The notes: a model not told the origin generated them from the sequence alone. A DNA stretch of 64,000 nt from Bradymonadales bacterium (GCA_016931535.1 JAFGEP010000114.1:26412-90411), one strand, 5' to 3'. Positions 29,850 to 39,619 are shown, counted from the first letter of the stretch. A program made the numbers and translations.

Positions 29850-30916
29850 CGGCTTCCTCCCCGATCGGCCAGGAAGCGCAGCAGGTCTCGATTGGAAGCA
29901 GCGGTGGCCTCGATCATCGGGAAGTGGCCGCAACGAGGGTACACGACCAGCTCGGCGCCGGGGAGATCGCGAACGAGGCGTTCGCCGTAGGGTAGCGGGG
30001 TGGTGGTATCCTCCCGGCCCCACAAGAGCAGCACGGGCTGACGGATCGTCCGGTACCGCTCCTCCAGCTCCGCCAGGCTGCGATCCCGAGCGGTTGCCAG
30101 CGCCGCCGCCCGGGTGCCCGGGCGATCGAGCGCGCGACCCACCCGGTCTGCCAGGTCCTGAGTCATCCGTTCGGGGTCGTAGAACGCCAATGCCATGCGC
30201 TCATCCGGCCGCTCGCCATAGAACAGCCCGAACAAAATCTCTCCCAGGACCGGTGCGGAAGCCCAGTGAATGAAAAGAGGGGTTTGATCCTCGTACACCC
30301 AGGCGTCGTACAGCGCCAACCGATCGATCCGATCCGGTGCGCGCAGCGCCATGGCCAACGCCACCGAGGATCCCCAGGAGTGGGCCACCACCGAGACCTC
30401 GTTCAGCCCGAGGCGATCGAGCAAAGCCAGCACCAGGTCGGCCTGGGCCAAGGGCGAATAGTCGCCTGGCGGCCTGTCGGTCCAACCGAACCCCTTGAGA
30501 TCCAGGGCGATGGTTCGGTGTGTTCGGGAAAGATCGGGCAGGACCGTCTCCCAGGTCTCCAGAGAAGAGGCGTAGCCGTGCAGGAGCACTACCGGCGGTC
30601 CTTCTCCGATATCCAGATAGCGGATCCGGACGCCGTCTACGGTCAAGAACGTGGCGTCCGCCGGCTCCAAGGGCATGGGACCCTGGTGAAAGGAGAGGCA
30701 GCCGACGATGTTGGCCAGTATAAACAGGTAGCAACAGAGGGCGAGCGCTACGTGGGTTGCAGCGGGAGTACCTGGCGAGATGCCCTGGCTACCAACATCG
30801 CGATGAGTCCGGCGTTTCTTTCCGCAGTCGGGGAGTGACCGATCACTCGGGCAGTTCTGTCGGAAATAGCGACAGAAGTCGGGGAGTGAACCGTGGCTGC
30901 CACCTGACTCCCTCAT
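29846..30916 (-). CDS. Alpha/beta-hydrolase-fold protein (lipase/esterase-like), possibly with an N-terminal lipoprotein signal
   Basis: VVLLHGYASSLETWE, the nucleophile elbow VVAHSWGSSVAL, and a C-terminal YPRCGHFPMIE. Start taken at the ATG overlapping the upstream gene's TGA (30913-30916). An alternative start is MPLEP, c. 30670. Confidence 0.7.
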   Translation of the reverse strand: MRESGGSHGSLPDFCRYFRQNCPSDRSLPDCGKKRRTHRDVGSQGISPGTPAATHVALALCCYLFILANIVGCLSFHQGPMPLEPADATFLTVDGVRIRYLDIGEGPPVVLLHGYASSLETWETVLPDLSRTHRTIALDLKGFGWTDRPPGDYSPLAQADLVLALLDRLGLNEVSVVAHSWGSSVALAMALRAPDRIDRLALYDAWVYEDQTPLFIHWASAPVLGEILFGLFYGERPDERMALAFYDPERMTQDLADRVGRALDRPGTRAAALATARDRSLAELEERYRTIRQPVLLLWGREDTTTPLPYGERLVRDLPGAELVVYPRCGHFPMIEATAASNRDLLRFLADRGGSR

Positions 30917-31923
30917 GGCGCCAGCCTCCGGATCTCGTCCGCCCGGGTGAACTCCATCTCGGCCTCGTTCTGCTCGGAGGTGATGGCCGCCACCGTGCCG
31001 AAGCACTCGGTCACGAAGTAGAAGGAACGGATCTCGGTCAGCAGCACCCCCTGGAGGCGGGAGAGGTGGACGCGGACCCTGAGCACCGGGAAGGTTCCGT
31101 AGGGGGTTTTCAGGGTCCCATGGGCATCCACTCGGGACTCGTAGTCCTCCCAGTAGACCCCCCAGACGCCGACCAGGGTGCCCTCGACGGTGGAGTCGGT
31201 GGTCCAGCTTTTATCCAGCTCGAGCGGGAGGGAGAGCACCACGATCGGGGGATCGTAGGTCAGCTCTGTAGTGAAGAGGGTTTCTTCCGGGGAGACCACG
31301 CCCAGCAAGAGGAGGGCCTCGTCGGTGACCTGGAAGACGCCCAGGAGGTCGGCCTTGTCGCTCAAGGGGGTGAAGTAGGTGGCGTCAGGAAAATCGTCGG
31401 CGAACCACTGGCCGGTCGGAGGGCGCAGCTCGACCAGGACCGAATGATCTCCCTCCAGCGGTCCGGAGAGGTCCCAGGTCCGGCTGTCGTCCGGGAGAGT
31501 GGTTCCAGCGGTGTCCACGTCGACGTCGCCGGTGACCCGGAAGGTGGCCCGAAGCCCAGCCTGGAGAGGGATTTCCGATCGATCGATGAGGCCGTCGTGG
31601 TTGGGGATGCACAAAAGCGGACCGCTGTCGCCGTCGCGCTCCAGGTCGGCGGATCCGTCCGGTAGCGTTTGGTCGGGCATGCCCTGGTCGCCCGGGTCGG
31701 TGGTCGTATCGCCGTTCGGGTCTTGCCCGCAGTCGTCCACTGTCAAGGCGTCATCATTCTGTCCCATGTCGGCATCGCCCTCGAGGGGAGCGCAGCGGCC
31801 ATTGGAGAGGCAGATGCCGGAGGCGCAATCGGCACCGGCCCGGCACTCCACCGCCTGGTCGTCTCCGCAGCCCGACAGGGCGACAAGAGCAAGACAGGCC
31901 AACCGGGTAAGCGGTTTTCTCAT
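30913..31923 (-). CDS. Secreted lipoprotein (paralog of 27139-28047) with an N-terminal Cys-rich CRAGADCASGICLSNGRC motif
   Basis: MRKPLTRLACLALVALSGC lipobox, paralogy described above. Confidence 0.65.
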   Translation of the reverse strand: MRKPLTRLACLALVALSGCGDDQAVECRAGADCASGICLSNGRCAPLEGDADMGQNDDALTVDDCGQDPNGDTTTDPGDQGMPDQTLPDGSADLERDGDSGPLLCIPNHDGLIDRSEIPLQAGLRATFRVTGDVDVDTAGTTLPDDSRTWDLSGPLEGDHSVLVELRPPTGQWFADDFPDATYFTPLSDKADLLGVFQVTDEALLLLGVVSPEETLFTTELTYDPPIVVLSLPLELDKSWTTDSTVEGTLVGVWGVYWEDYESRVDAHGTLKTPYGTFPVLRVRVHLSRLQGVLLTEIRSFYFVTECFGTVAAITSEQNEAEMEFTRADEIRRLAP

Positions 31924-31991
31924 GTTGGCACCACGCCTTGGGCAGATGGGATGAATGGTGCTGGTTCGCAGGGTGCGAGGGGTCGAGGTTC

Positions 31992-33512
31992 TCATGTCGC
32001 CACCATGCCGTTCGAACTGTGGCTGGAGCGCCCAGCCGGTCTGGGGACGAGCGCTCGGCGGGCCAGGGTGGTGAGGCCGAACACCAGGCTTCCTGTGAGG
32101 ATGCCCACGCTGGCCAGGAAAGCCGGGTTGTTGGCCATGAAGCTGATCTTAAACAGGGCGGTCACCAGGTAGCCCACGCCGGCGGCGATCGTGCCGGCGA
32201 CCACCGCCGATCGGCTGGCGTTTCTAAGGAACATGCCGGAAGCCAGGGGGATGAGGCTGGTGGTGATGATCAGGTAGACGCCGTACTGGGCGAAGATGGC
32301 CACCGAGCCGCCGGTCGGATTGGCGATTTGCCAGCGGGCCAGAAAGAAGGTGGCGACCCCCAGAAGGACGATGGACCCTCGGCCGACCGCCAAGGCCGAG
32401 CGGCTTTTTCGCTCTCCAGTCCAGCTCTTCAAGCGGTGGTCGCCCAGGATTCCCAGGTACAGGTCGGTGGAGATGATGGTGGAGAGGGCCAGCAGGATCC
32501 CCTCCAGGGTGGAGATTCCGGCGCACAGGATGCCGATGGAGATCAACACCTGCAGGCCGGACGAGAAGTGGCTGGCGATGTAGGTGGGGACCACCAGGTC
32601 CATGGCGGTGTTGGCCGGGAGCTCCAGGCGGGCGAACAGCCCCACCCACATGACCATCACGAACACCGTGCCGGTGGCGATGGCCACCAGGAGATACTGA
32701 CGGAGGTCCCTGTCCTGTTTCAGGTAGAGCGACTTGGACAGGACGTGAGGCTGGCAGACGAGTGCCAGGCCGACCAGCAGGTTGGCGCCAAACACCTCGA
32801 AGAGGTTCCGAAAGTAGAGGCTATGCGGATTGACAACCCGCACGAGCATCGGATCGGAGGCCGCCAACCTGGCAAACAGCCCCTCTCCCTCCCAGAGCGA
32901 GGGTAGACCGGATGCCAGCAGGATGACGGCCACCACCAGCATGACGACCGCCTGCACGGCGTTGGTGTAGGCATGGGTGTTGACCCCGCCCAGTAACACG
33001 TAGCCGTAGACGAACAGGATCAGCGCCAACGCCAAGGTCCAGGCGGGTATCCCCAAGAGGGCGTGCAGGACATGAGAGATCGCCACCACGATCAGCACGG
33101 CGAAGCTGAGCAGGGCCATCGAGAGGACCGCAAAGGCCAAAGAAAGCCCTCGGCTCCGAAATCGCGCGCCGATCCACTGGGGTACGGTCAAGGCCGTCAC
33201 GGTGGTGCCGAACCGGCGGAAGGCGCTGGAGAAGATCACCAGGCCGGCGGTGATGCCGATCGCGGCGGCCACCCCGTAGCCCATCAGGCCAGCCAGCCCA
33301 TAGGAGAAGACCAGCCCCGGGTTGACCACAAAGGTGGCCACGCTGGTGAGCTGAGCGGCAAGCGAAAGCCCGACGATGGCGGGGTGGATGGTGCGATTGC
33401 CGATGGCGAAGGACTCCAGCGTCTTGGTCCGTCGCCAGCCGCGATAGGCCAGGTAGGCGGTGATCAGTACGTAGGTGGCGAGCGCGAAGCAGGCCAGGGT
33501 GAGCTTGTCCAT
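31992..33512 (-). CDS. Sodium:solute symporter (SSS) family transporter
   Basis: MDKLTLACFALATYVLITAYLAYRGWRRTKTLESFAIGNRTIHP is the typical SSS N-terminus. 13 TM segments. Confidence 0.8.
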   Translation of the reverse strand: MDKLTLACFALATYVLITAYLAYRGWRRTKTLESFAIGNRTIHPAIVGLSLAAQLTSVATFVVNPGLVFSYGLAGLMGYGVAAAIGITAGLVIFSSAFRRFGTTVTALTVPQWIGARFRSRGLSLAFAVLSMALLSFAVLIVVAISHVLHALLGIPAWTLALALILFVYGYVLLGGVNTHAYTNAVQAVVMLVVAVILLASGLPSLWEGEGLFARLAASDPMLVRVVNPHSLYFRNLFEVFGANLLVGLALVCQPHVLSKSLYLKQDRDLRQYLLVAIATGTVFVMVMWVGLFARLELPANTAMDLVVPTYIASHFSSGLQVLISIGILCAGISTLEGILLALSTIISTDLYLGILGDHRLKSWTGERKSRSALAVGRGSIVLLGVATFFLARWQIANPTGGSVAIFAQYGVYLIITTSLIPLASGMFLRNASRSAVVAGTIAAGVGYLVTALFKISFMANNPAFLASVGILTGSLVFGLTTLARRALVPRPAGRSSHSSNGMVAT

Positions 33513-33523
33513 GGCGCGGCTCC

Positions 33524-33988
33524 CTATCGGTCGGTGGGAGAAGAACCCGGTGTGCCTTGCCCGGTTCCATCCGGATCCTGCAGATGCTCGAACAGGCGGG
33601 TGACCGTATCGGCCAGCACCCGGATCTGTGCTTCGACGGTCTTCAGGCGGCCATCGAGAGACTCGATGGCGGTGGCCAGCTTGGCCGGATCGAAGGGAGG
33701 ATCGGCAGTGGGCTGGCCGGCCGAGGAGGCGATCCGGGTCTCGATGGCCTGGATCCGCTGCTCGATCAGCTCCAGGGCGCGCACCAGGGGAGCCAGGTCC
33801 AAAGAAGGGGTCCGGTTGTCTTTGGACCGGGTGGGGTGGAGCCTGCCCAGCTCGCCCGCCAGCTCGGCGAGGCGGTTGGGGTCGTTCAACAGGGCGCGCC
33901 ACCAGGCTTCCAGGGTACGTTGCCAGACCTGGGCGATCTGGCCGCCCAGGGTGAGGAGGTTGGTGGTGGCGAAGGGGTCCTGGTTCAT
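33524..33988 (-). CDS. Small helical protein, possibly phasin/PHA-granule-associated (context-based)
   Basis: Start taken at MNQDPFATTNLL. Predicted all-alpha. Adjacent to phaR. Confidence 0.35.
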   Translation of the reverse strand: MNQDPFATTNLLTLGGQIAQVWQRTLEAWWRALLNDPNRLAELAGELGRLHPTRSKDNRTPSLDLAPLVRALELIEQRIQAIETRIASSAGQPTADPPFDPAKLATAIESLDGRLKTVEAQIRVLADTVTRLFEHLQDPDGTGQGTPGSSPTDR

Positions 33989-34167
33989 GGGAGCTCCTGA
34001 GGGTCCCGGCCGTTTACGCGTTTGCACAATGCGGTCAGGGTTAGCAAGATAGCGAAGCTGGAGATAACAGTCAAGGGAATTTTGCGTTTGCAACACCGGT
34101 CGATGTTGCGATGCCGCCAAGGATGGGGTATCCTGGCGGAGTCCCCTGGGCGAGGGAGGAGTGAACG

Positions 34168-34851
34168 ATGGCCAGTTCGACAGGAGCGGGTGACGGTCCG
34201 GTGCTCATCAAGAAGTACAGCAACCGGCGGTTGTACGATACGAGGCAGAGCCGCTATATCACGCTGGGAGAGCTGGCGGGCATCGTGGCGTCCGGCAGCC
34301 CGGTGAAGGTGGTGGATGCGGCCAGCGGGGAGGATCTGACCCGCCAGGTGCTGGTTCAGGTGATCCTGGAGCAACAGGATCGACTGGACCTGCTACCGGT
34401 CGAGCTGTTGCATGCGGTGATCCGCATCCAGGGGACATTCCAGCAAGCGCCATTTGCGGCTTTTCTGGCGGCTGCCACCCAGCAGTTCCTCTCGGCCGGA
34501 TCGATGTGGGCCCGGCAGATGGCGAACCTGGTGGGGGGGGTTCCCGGGATGGGGACGGGCGTCTTCTCCGGTTTTCCGGGCGGAGGGGGGATGGGCGGTT
34601 TTCCCGGGTTCGCTCCTTTCGCGGCAGGTGTCGGATCCGGCGCGACGGGCGGACCGGACCCCTCTGGAGCTCCGGGCCCCCCGAGTGATCCGGCCCAGGA
34701 CCGGGGGTTTTCGAACGGCGCCGCTGGTGAGGAGGGCGCCCCCCCTCCTGGCGGCGACCATCTCTCCGATTCGGCAGAATCCAAAGCAGAGGTCGAGGAA
34801 CTCCGGCAGCGGATGGAAGAGCTGCTCCGGCGTTTGGACCGGTCCCAGTAA
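34168..34851 (+). CDS. phaR: PHA synthesis repressor PhaR (PHB_acc_N / PHB_acc)
   Basis: VLIKKYSNRRLYDTRQSRYITLGELAGIV...DLTRQVLVQVILEQQ is the hallmark PhaR N-terminus, followed by a Gly-rich C-terminal tail. RBS gggaggag upstream. Confidence 0.85.
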   Translation: MASSTGAGDGPVLIKKYSNRRLYDTRQSRYITLGELAGIVASGSPVKVVDAASGEDLTRQVLVQVILEQQDRLDLLPVELLHAVIRIQGTFQQAPFAAFLAAATQQFLSAGSMWARQMANLVGGVPGMGTGVFSGFPGGGGMGGFPGFAPFAAGVGSGATGGPDPSGAPGPPSDPAQDRGFSNGAAGEEGAPPPGGDHLSDSAESKAEVEELRQRMEELLRRLDRSQ

Positions 34852-35091
34852 CTAGCCGTTTGGTATCGCCATTCACATTCATGCAGCAGCCGGCGCCTCT
34901 CCGAACGGGTCAGCCGGAGATCTGTTTCCGGTTACCACCGAGGGCTCAGGGGGAGAACCCGGCAGATGGAGGACTGCCCAGCCCCAGGGGCCCGGTGGCC
35001 GGTGTGAGGGCGGGAGATCCCGGCGGGTGGGGGATTACCTGGGGCGACCGGAGATCCGCTCCCCGCCATCCCTGAGCGCAACGGGTGGGGC

Positions 35092-36714
35092 TCAGGTTGC
35101 CGAGGGGGCCTCCCGATCCAGCAGGAAATCGGACATGCGGTTCCAGAGCGGCCGGGCTTTGCGGTCGATCATGATCCCGACGTGGGCGCCGTCGATGAGC
35201 ACAAAGCGGTTGTCCTGGCTGGAGACCAGCTGGTTGAGGATCTCGACCGATTGGGGGGGGACGATCCAGTCCTTGCTGGCGGCCAGGTTCATCAAGGGAC
35301 AGCGGATGGACGTCAGATCTACCGGTCGCCCGTGGATGCGGGTCTCCCCGCGGCGGAAGCGGTCGGCGTGAAACACCTCCTTGATGAAGGCCCGGAAGAC
35401 CTCGCCAGGGATATCCACATTGTCGTTGGCCCAGCGGTCCACCGGGTAGAACAGGGCCATCACCTGGTCGTCGCCCAGGTTCTCGTAGAACATCTTCCAC
35501 TTCATGATCTCGTAGTAGGGCTTGAGTGCCATGAAGGTGTAACGGATGAGCTTGGCGGGCATGAGGCCGAAGGCATCGATGATGGCGTCGATGGGTAGCA
35601 GCTCCTTGTCGGTCCACAAGGACACCACGCCGCCTTGTGCCGAGGTGATGGGAGTGGTCAGGGTGACCAGTCGGGAGACGGTGTCGGGGTAGAGGGCGGT
35701 GAGCATCAAGGCCAGGTTGCCGCCGATGCAATGGCCGAGCAGGGCGACCCGCGAGGCCCCCGTCCGTTGTCGGATGACCTCGATGCAGCCGGTCAGCCCG
35801 GGATCGACATAGCTGTCCAGGGTGGTGGTCCGATCGCCGGCCTGGGCGGCGCCCCATTCCACGAGGTACACGTCGGCCCCCTGTTGGAGCAGATGCTCGA
35901 CGAAGGAGTTGCCCGGCAGCAGATCGAGGATATAGGAACGGTTGATCACCGAGTAGACCAGCAGTATCGGGTCCCCTTGTCTCTCTCCCGCTTCGGTGGC
36001 GGGCAGATAGTGATACAGCTCGACCTGGTCCTGCCGGTGGATCAGCTCGCGCGGTGTCTGGCCGACAGAGGTCAGGTCGGGGTCGGCGTAGTACTCCATG
36101 CCGTAGCGGGTTTTCACCGAGTAAGCCTGCAGGAAACGCTCCACGATGCGGGTGGCGTGCTCGTCGGCCTGCCCGGTGAGCATCTGGGTCCAGGCCTCGA
36201 CCAGGGGCCGAGTGTTCAGCTTGAAGGCGGCATCGTCCAGGCTCTTCAGGTCATCGGTGTACTCCTGGATCATGGACTCGAACCGGCTGGCCAGCCGCTG
36301 AGGGTCGAGCTGGGCGGCGCGTTGACTCCACTCGACAGGGAGCCTGGAAAGGCGCCGGGCCTCCTGCTCCCAGTTGGAGGCCACCAGGCGATCGAGCTGG
36401 GAGAAGGTCTGAGCGTGGAGGCGCTGTTGGCCGGCCTGAGGCAGCGTTTCCAGCCAGTGCTGCATCGTCTGGGATTGGAGGTGGGTCAGCTGGGTGAGCC
36501 CCAGGAATAGGCGATCTGCGAACTGTTCGAACTGCCGGGCGGGATCGTCGGGCGGGTCGGTGGCGCCGGAGGCGCCCGAGTCGCCAGGGCTCGCCGGTGT
36601 GGCAGGCGTCTTTCCGGCCGCATCGAGGAAGGCCTGCATGGTGGTGGTCCAGGAGCTGGCCCCCTCGGACCAGAGCCTCAGCAACTTCGAGAAGGGGTCG
36701 AACGGGTCGTTCAT
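35092..36714 (-). CDS. phaC: Poly(3-hydroxyalkanoate) synthase PhaC
   Basis: Lipase-box LLGHCIGGN. C-terminal ...NLAASKDWIVPPQSVEIL...DGAHVGIMID. Start at MNDPFDPFSKLL, overlapping the upstream stop (ATGA). Confidence 0.85.
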   Translation of the reverse strand: MNDPFDPFSKLLRLWSEGASSWTTTMQAFLDAAGKTPATPASPGDSGASGATDPPDDPARQFEQFADRLFLGLTQLTHLQSQTMQHWLETLPQAGQQRLHAQTFSQLDRLVASNWEQEARRLSRLPVEWSQRAAQLDPQRLASRFESMIQEYTDDLKSLDDAAFKLNTRPLVEAWTQMLTGQADEHATRIVERFLQAYSVKTRYGMEYYADPDLTSVGQTPRELIHRQDQVELYHYLPATEAGERQGDPILLVYSVINRSYILDLLPGNSFVEHLLQQGADVYLVEWGAAQAGDRTTTLDSYVDPGLTGCIEVIRQRTGASRVALLGHCIGGNLALMLTALYPDTVSRLVTLTTPITSAQGGVVSLWTDKELLPIDAIIDAFGLMPAKLIRYTFMALKPYYEIMKWKMFYENLGDDQVMALFYPVDRWANDNVDIPGEVFRAFIKEVFHADRFRRGETRIHGRPVDLTSIRCPLMNLAASKDWIVPPQSVEILNQLVSSQDNRFVLIDGAHVGIMIDRKARPLWNRMSDFLLDREAPSAT

Positions 36715-38444
36715 GCGGGGTTCCTCATCGCGAGGGCGCGTTGGACGAGGTCGGTCCTGAGTATCTTTCCCGATGGCCCTTTGGGCAAGCTCTCGAGCAC
36801 GGTGAGGTACTTGGGCACCTTGTAACGGGCCAGCTCCTCTCTCAACAGGGCGATGATCTCGGTGGTCGAAGGCGCGGCGCCCACCCCACCCTCGAAGGCC
36901 AGGAAGGCATGGCCCACCTCTCCCCACTTCAAATCGGGTACGCCCACCGAGGCCGCCTCGATCACGCCCGGGATCCGGTAGAGCGCTCCCTCGACCTCGG
37001 CGGGGTAGATGTTCTCGCCGCCGCTGATGTACATCTCCTTGAGCCGTCCCACCACGTAATGGTAACCCTCCTCATCTTGGCGGAAGAGGTCGCCGGTGGT
37101 GAACCAGCCGTCGCCGGTTCGAGAGGAGCGGGTGGCTCGAGGGTCGTTCCAGTAGCCAGGGCTGACGGTGGGGCCGCGCAGCTGCAGCTCTCCCACCTCT
37201 CCCGGCCTGACCGGTGTTCCGCCCGCATCCACGATGCGGGTGTCCAGGTGCAGGACGGGGAACCCCACCGACCCCGCCTTGCAGATGGCGTCAGCCGGGT
37301 GGAGCGCAAAGCAGTTGGGGCCCACCTCGGTGAGGCCGTAGCCTTGCTTGAACACGATCCCCCGCGCCTGGTACGCCTCGATGAGGGGAAGGGGACAGGC
37401 CGCTCCCCCGCTGACGAAAAACCGGACCGCCCCCAAGTCAGCCTTTTGCAGCACTTCGCACTCCAGCATCATCTGGAACATGGTGGGCACGGCGAACAGG
37501 ATGGTCCCCCGGTATCGCTCCAGAGCCCGGATGGTCCTTGTAGCATCGAAACCGGGCATCAGGACCACCGTGCCTCCCCGGTGAAGCAGCGGGAGGGTCA
37601 ACACGTTCCAGCCTCCCGTGTGAAAAAACGGGGTATGAGTGAGGGTGACGTCGTCCTGGTGCAGGTCCCAAGAGGTGGCGGTATTGATCGCGTTCCAGGT
37701 CACGGTCCCGTGGGTGAGGATGGCCCCTTTCGGCCGGCCGGTGGTGCCGCTGGTATACAGCAACATCAGCGGCGTATCCTCCTCGATCTCCTCGGTGACG
37801 ACTGGGTCGTCCACTGTGGCGTCTCGGAGGTGGGCATAGGATTGGTGGACGCAAATGGCCGTTTCTTCCCGGGTGCCCCGCTGGGTTGTCGCGATCGCAC
37901 CGCAGCCTTGCTCGTCCAACGCTACCGGGGTTTCCCCGCGCCTTCGCTTGGTCGCCTCGGGGTCATCCGGGCTGGCGGGCCAAGCGCGCTCACCGGATGG
38001 AAGAGGTCGCTCCAGGCCTGTTTGCGGCGGACCATCGGCGAGACCAGGGGGATCGAAGGGGACGACCGGTCCTGGCCAGAGGCCGGCGGCCAGCGTCTGG
38101 ACCGTCCCAGCCACGTCGGCGCCGAAAAAGAGGACCCGGGGAGAAGAGTCTTCCAGGATATGGGCCACCTCCCGGGCGGTGAGCCGCCAGTTGATCGGCA
38201 CCAGGATGGCCCCCAGCTTCGCTACTGCAAAAAACAGCTCCACCTGCTCGATCCGGTTGGCGCCGAGCAGGGCGACCCGGTCGCCCGGTTGCACTCCGAA
38301 CCGATCGGCCAGCAGGCGAGCCGCCTGGTCTGCCCGCCGGTCCAGCTGGGCATAGGTCAAGCTGTGCCCGCTGTCGGCATCGACCAGGGCTGCCTTGTTG
38401 CCGATGACCGGGGCCCACTTGGCCAGCCAGCTCCCGTGTATCAT
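36711..38444 (-). CDS. AMP-dependent acyl-CoA synthetase/ligase with a roughly 90-aa insertion before the AMP-binding motif
   Basis: LLYTSGTTGRPKGAILTHG, YGLTE, GELQLRGPTVSPGYW, TGDLFRQDEEGYHYVVGRLKEMYISGGENIYPAEVE, and a C-terminal PKGPSGKILR. RBS aggaga before the ATG. Confidence 0.85.
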   Translation of the reverse strand: MIHGSWLAKWAPVIGNKAALVDADSGHSLTYAQLDRRADQAARLLADRFGVQPGDRVALLGANRIEQVELFFAVAKLGAILVPINWRLTAREVAHILEDSSPRVLFFGADVAGTVQTLAAGLWPGPVVPFDPPGLADGPPQTGLERPLPSGERAWPASPDDPEATKRRRGETPVALDEQGCGAIATTQRGTREETAICVHQSYAHLRDATVDDPVVTEEIEEDTPLMLLYTSGTTGRPKGAILTHGTVTWNAINTATSWDLHQDDVTLTHTPFFHTGGWNVLTLPLLHRGGTVVLMPGFDATRTIRALERYRGTILFAVPTMFQMMLECEVLQKADLGAVRFFVSGGAACPLPLIEAYQARGIVFKQGYGLTEVGPNCFALHPADAICKAGSVGFPVLHLDTRIVDAGGTPVRPGEVGELQLRGPTVSPGYWNDPRATRSSRTGDGWFTTGDLFRQDEEGYHYVVGRLKEMYISGGENIYPAEVEGALYRIPGVIEAASVGVPDLKWGEVGHAFLAFEGGVGAAPSTTEIIALLREELARYKVPKYLTVLESLPKGPSGKILRTDLVQRALAMRNPA

Positions 38445-38476
38445 GACGGCGTCTCCTGTCGAGGCGGCTTGGGCCT

Positions 38477-38505
38477 ATTTATGCACATGCACAAAAATTC
38501 GTCAA
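38477..38505 (-). promoter_or_regulatory. Sigma70-like promoter (TTGACG-17-ATAAAT on the minus strand) in an AT-rich island, driving the acyl-CoA synthetase-phaC operon; flanked by a TGCACA/TGTGCA inverted repeat
   Basis: The minus strand reads ttgacgaatttttgtgcatgtgcataaat, about 30 nt upstream of an AGGAGA RBS and the ATG at 38444. Confidence 0.5.
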
Positions 38506-38647
38506 GTCGAATTGTGCAGAAGCATATCGAGGGCCGCCGGAAAGGCAGGAGGTCAGGCCGGTTACTCGGCTTTCCAGAAGGCCGGCTCGGGGCGCGACAT
38601 GCCGGGAGAGATGCGTGTTGTGCGCCGCACCAAGAAGGCGGCCTGGC

Positions 38648-39118
38648 CTACCGGATCCGGAGGATGATGTGCCAGCCGTAGTTGGTCATGACCAATCCGG
38701 CCTCGCCCACCTGGAGCCGCAGGCTGAGCTCCTTGAAGGGAGGGACCAGCCCGGCCTCGGGGGTGGCGGTATAGCTTTCCCCGGTGCTGGCGCTGCCGGG
38801 ATCCTCCGAGTACTGGGCCATCAGCCGTTCGATGGGATCTCCTGCGCGGACCTGGAGCAGAAGGGCGGTGGCGAGCTGATCGGCCTGTTCCCGGGAGCGT
38901 GCAGCCGCCCGGGGATCTGCCTGGCTGCCACGCGTGGAGGCGAGATCCGCCCAGCCGATCAAGATGTGCTTGACCTCGGCGTTGTCGGTCACCGGGTCGC
39001 GAGCGAGGATCTGCTGGGACGCGGGATCGATGGTCTCGAAGGCGGTCTGTTGGGCCATCAGGACGGAGGTCAAAGACAGGATGACCACAAGCGGAAACAA
39101 GGAAGAGATGCGCAACAT
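38648..39118 (-). CDS. Secreted parvulin-type peptidyl-prolyl cis-trans isomerase (PpiC family)
   Basis: Signal MLRISSLFPLVVILSLTSVLMA. Parvulin motifs EVKHILIGW, GESYTATPEAGLVPPFKE, GWHIILR. Confidence 0.8.
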   Translation of the reverse strand: MLRISSLFPLVVILSLTSVLMAQQTAFETIDPASQQILARDPVTDNAEVKHILIGWADLASTRGSQADPRAAARSREQADQLATALLLQVRAGDPIERLMAQYSEDPGSASTGESYTATPEAGLVPPFKELSLRLQVGEAGLVMTNYGWHIILRIR

Positions 39119-39619
39119 AGGTACTCCTGGTCTTGCATGCACTTTGGCGATGCAGGATGCCTCAGCTGTGCACAGGGTACAAGGTGTTGGTGGCCTGAAT
39201 AGCAGAGCGGATCGCGGCGACCGGGGGCCATGGAGAGCGCCGAGGACGCAGAGTCGGGCTTCTGGATGAAGGAGGTGTGGAAGAAGCGACCGGTCAATCC
39301 GTGTTGTGGTCGTCCTCAGGAACTGCACAATGCAGCTCCTGGGGTTGGTCGAAAGCCTGAGGAGGGCTCAGGGGGCGGTTCTGGACTGTCCGTTCACTCC
39401 TTGTTGCGAGTCAAGCGGTTACGTTGCAGAAAGGAGCTTCCCTTGCTCTCTGCGTCCTCGGCGCTCTCCATGGACCTGCCGGTCACCTGCACTGGAGAGG
39501 ATCGTCGGTTCGAGGGACTGGCCGGCTTTCCGACCGCCAGGCCGGATGCCGGTGTGCCGTCGGGATTCACCGAGGCACCATGTCCCACCGCAGTTTCAGT
39601 CCCGATTGGGGTGGGAACG

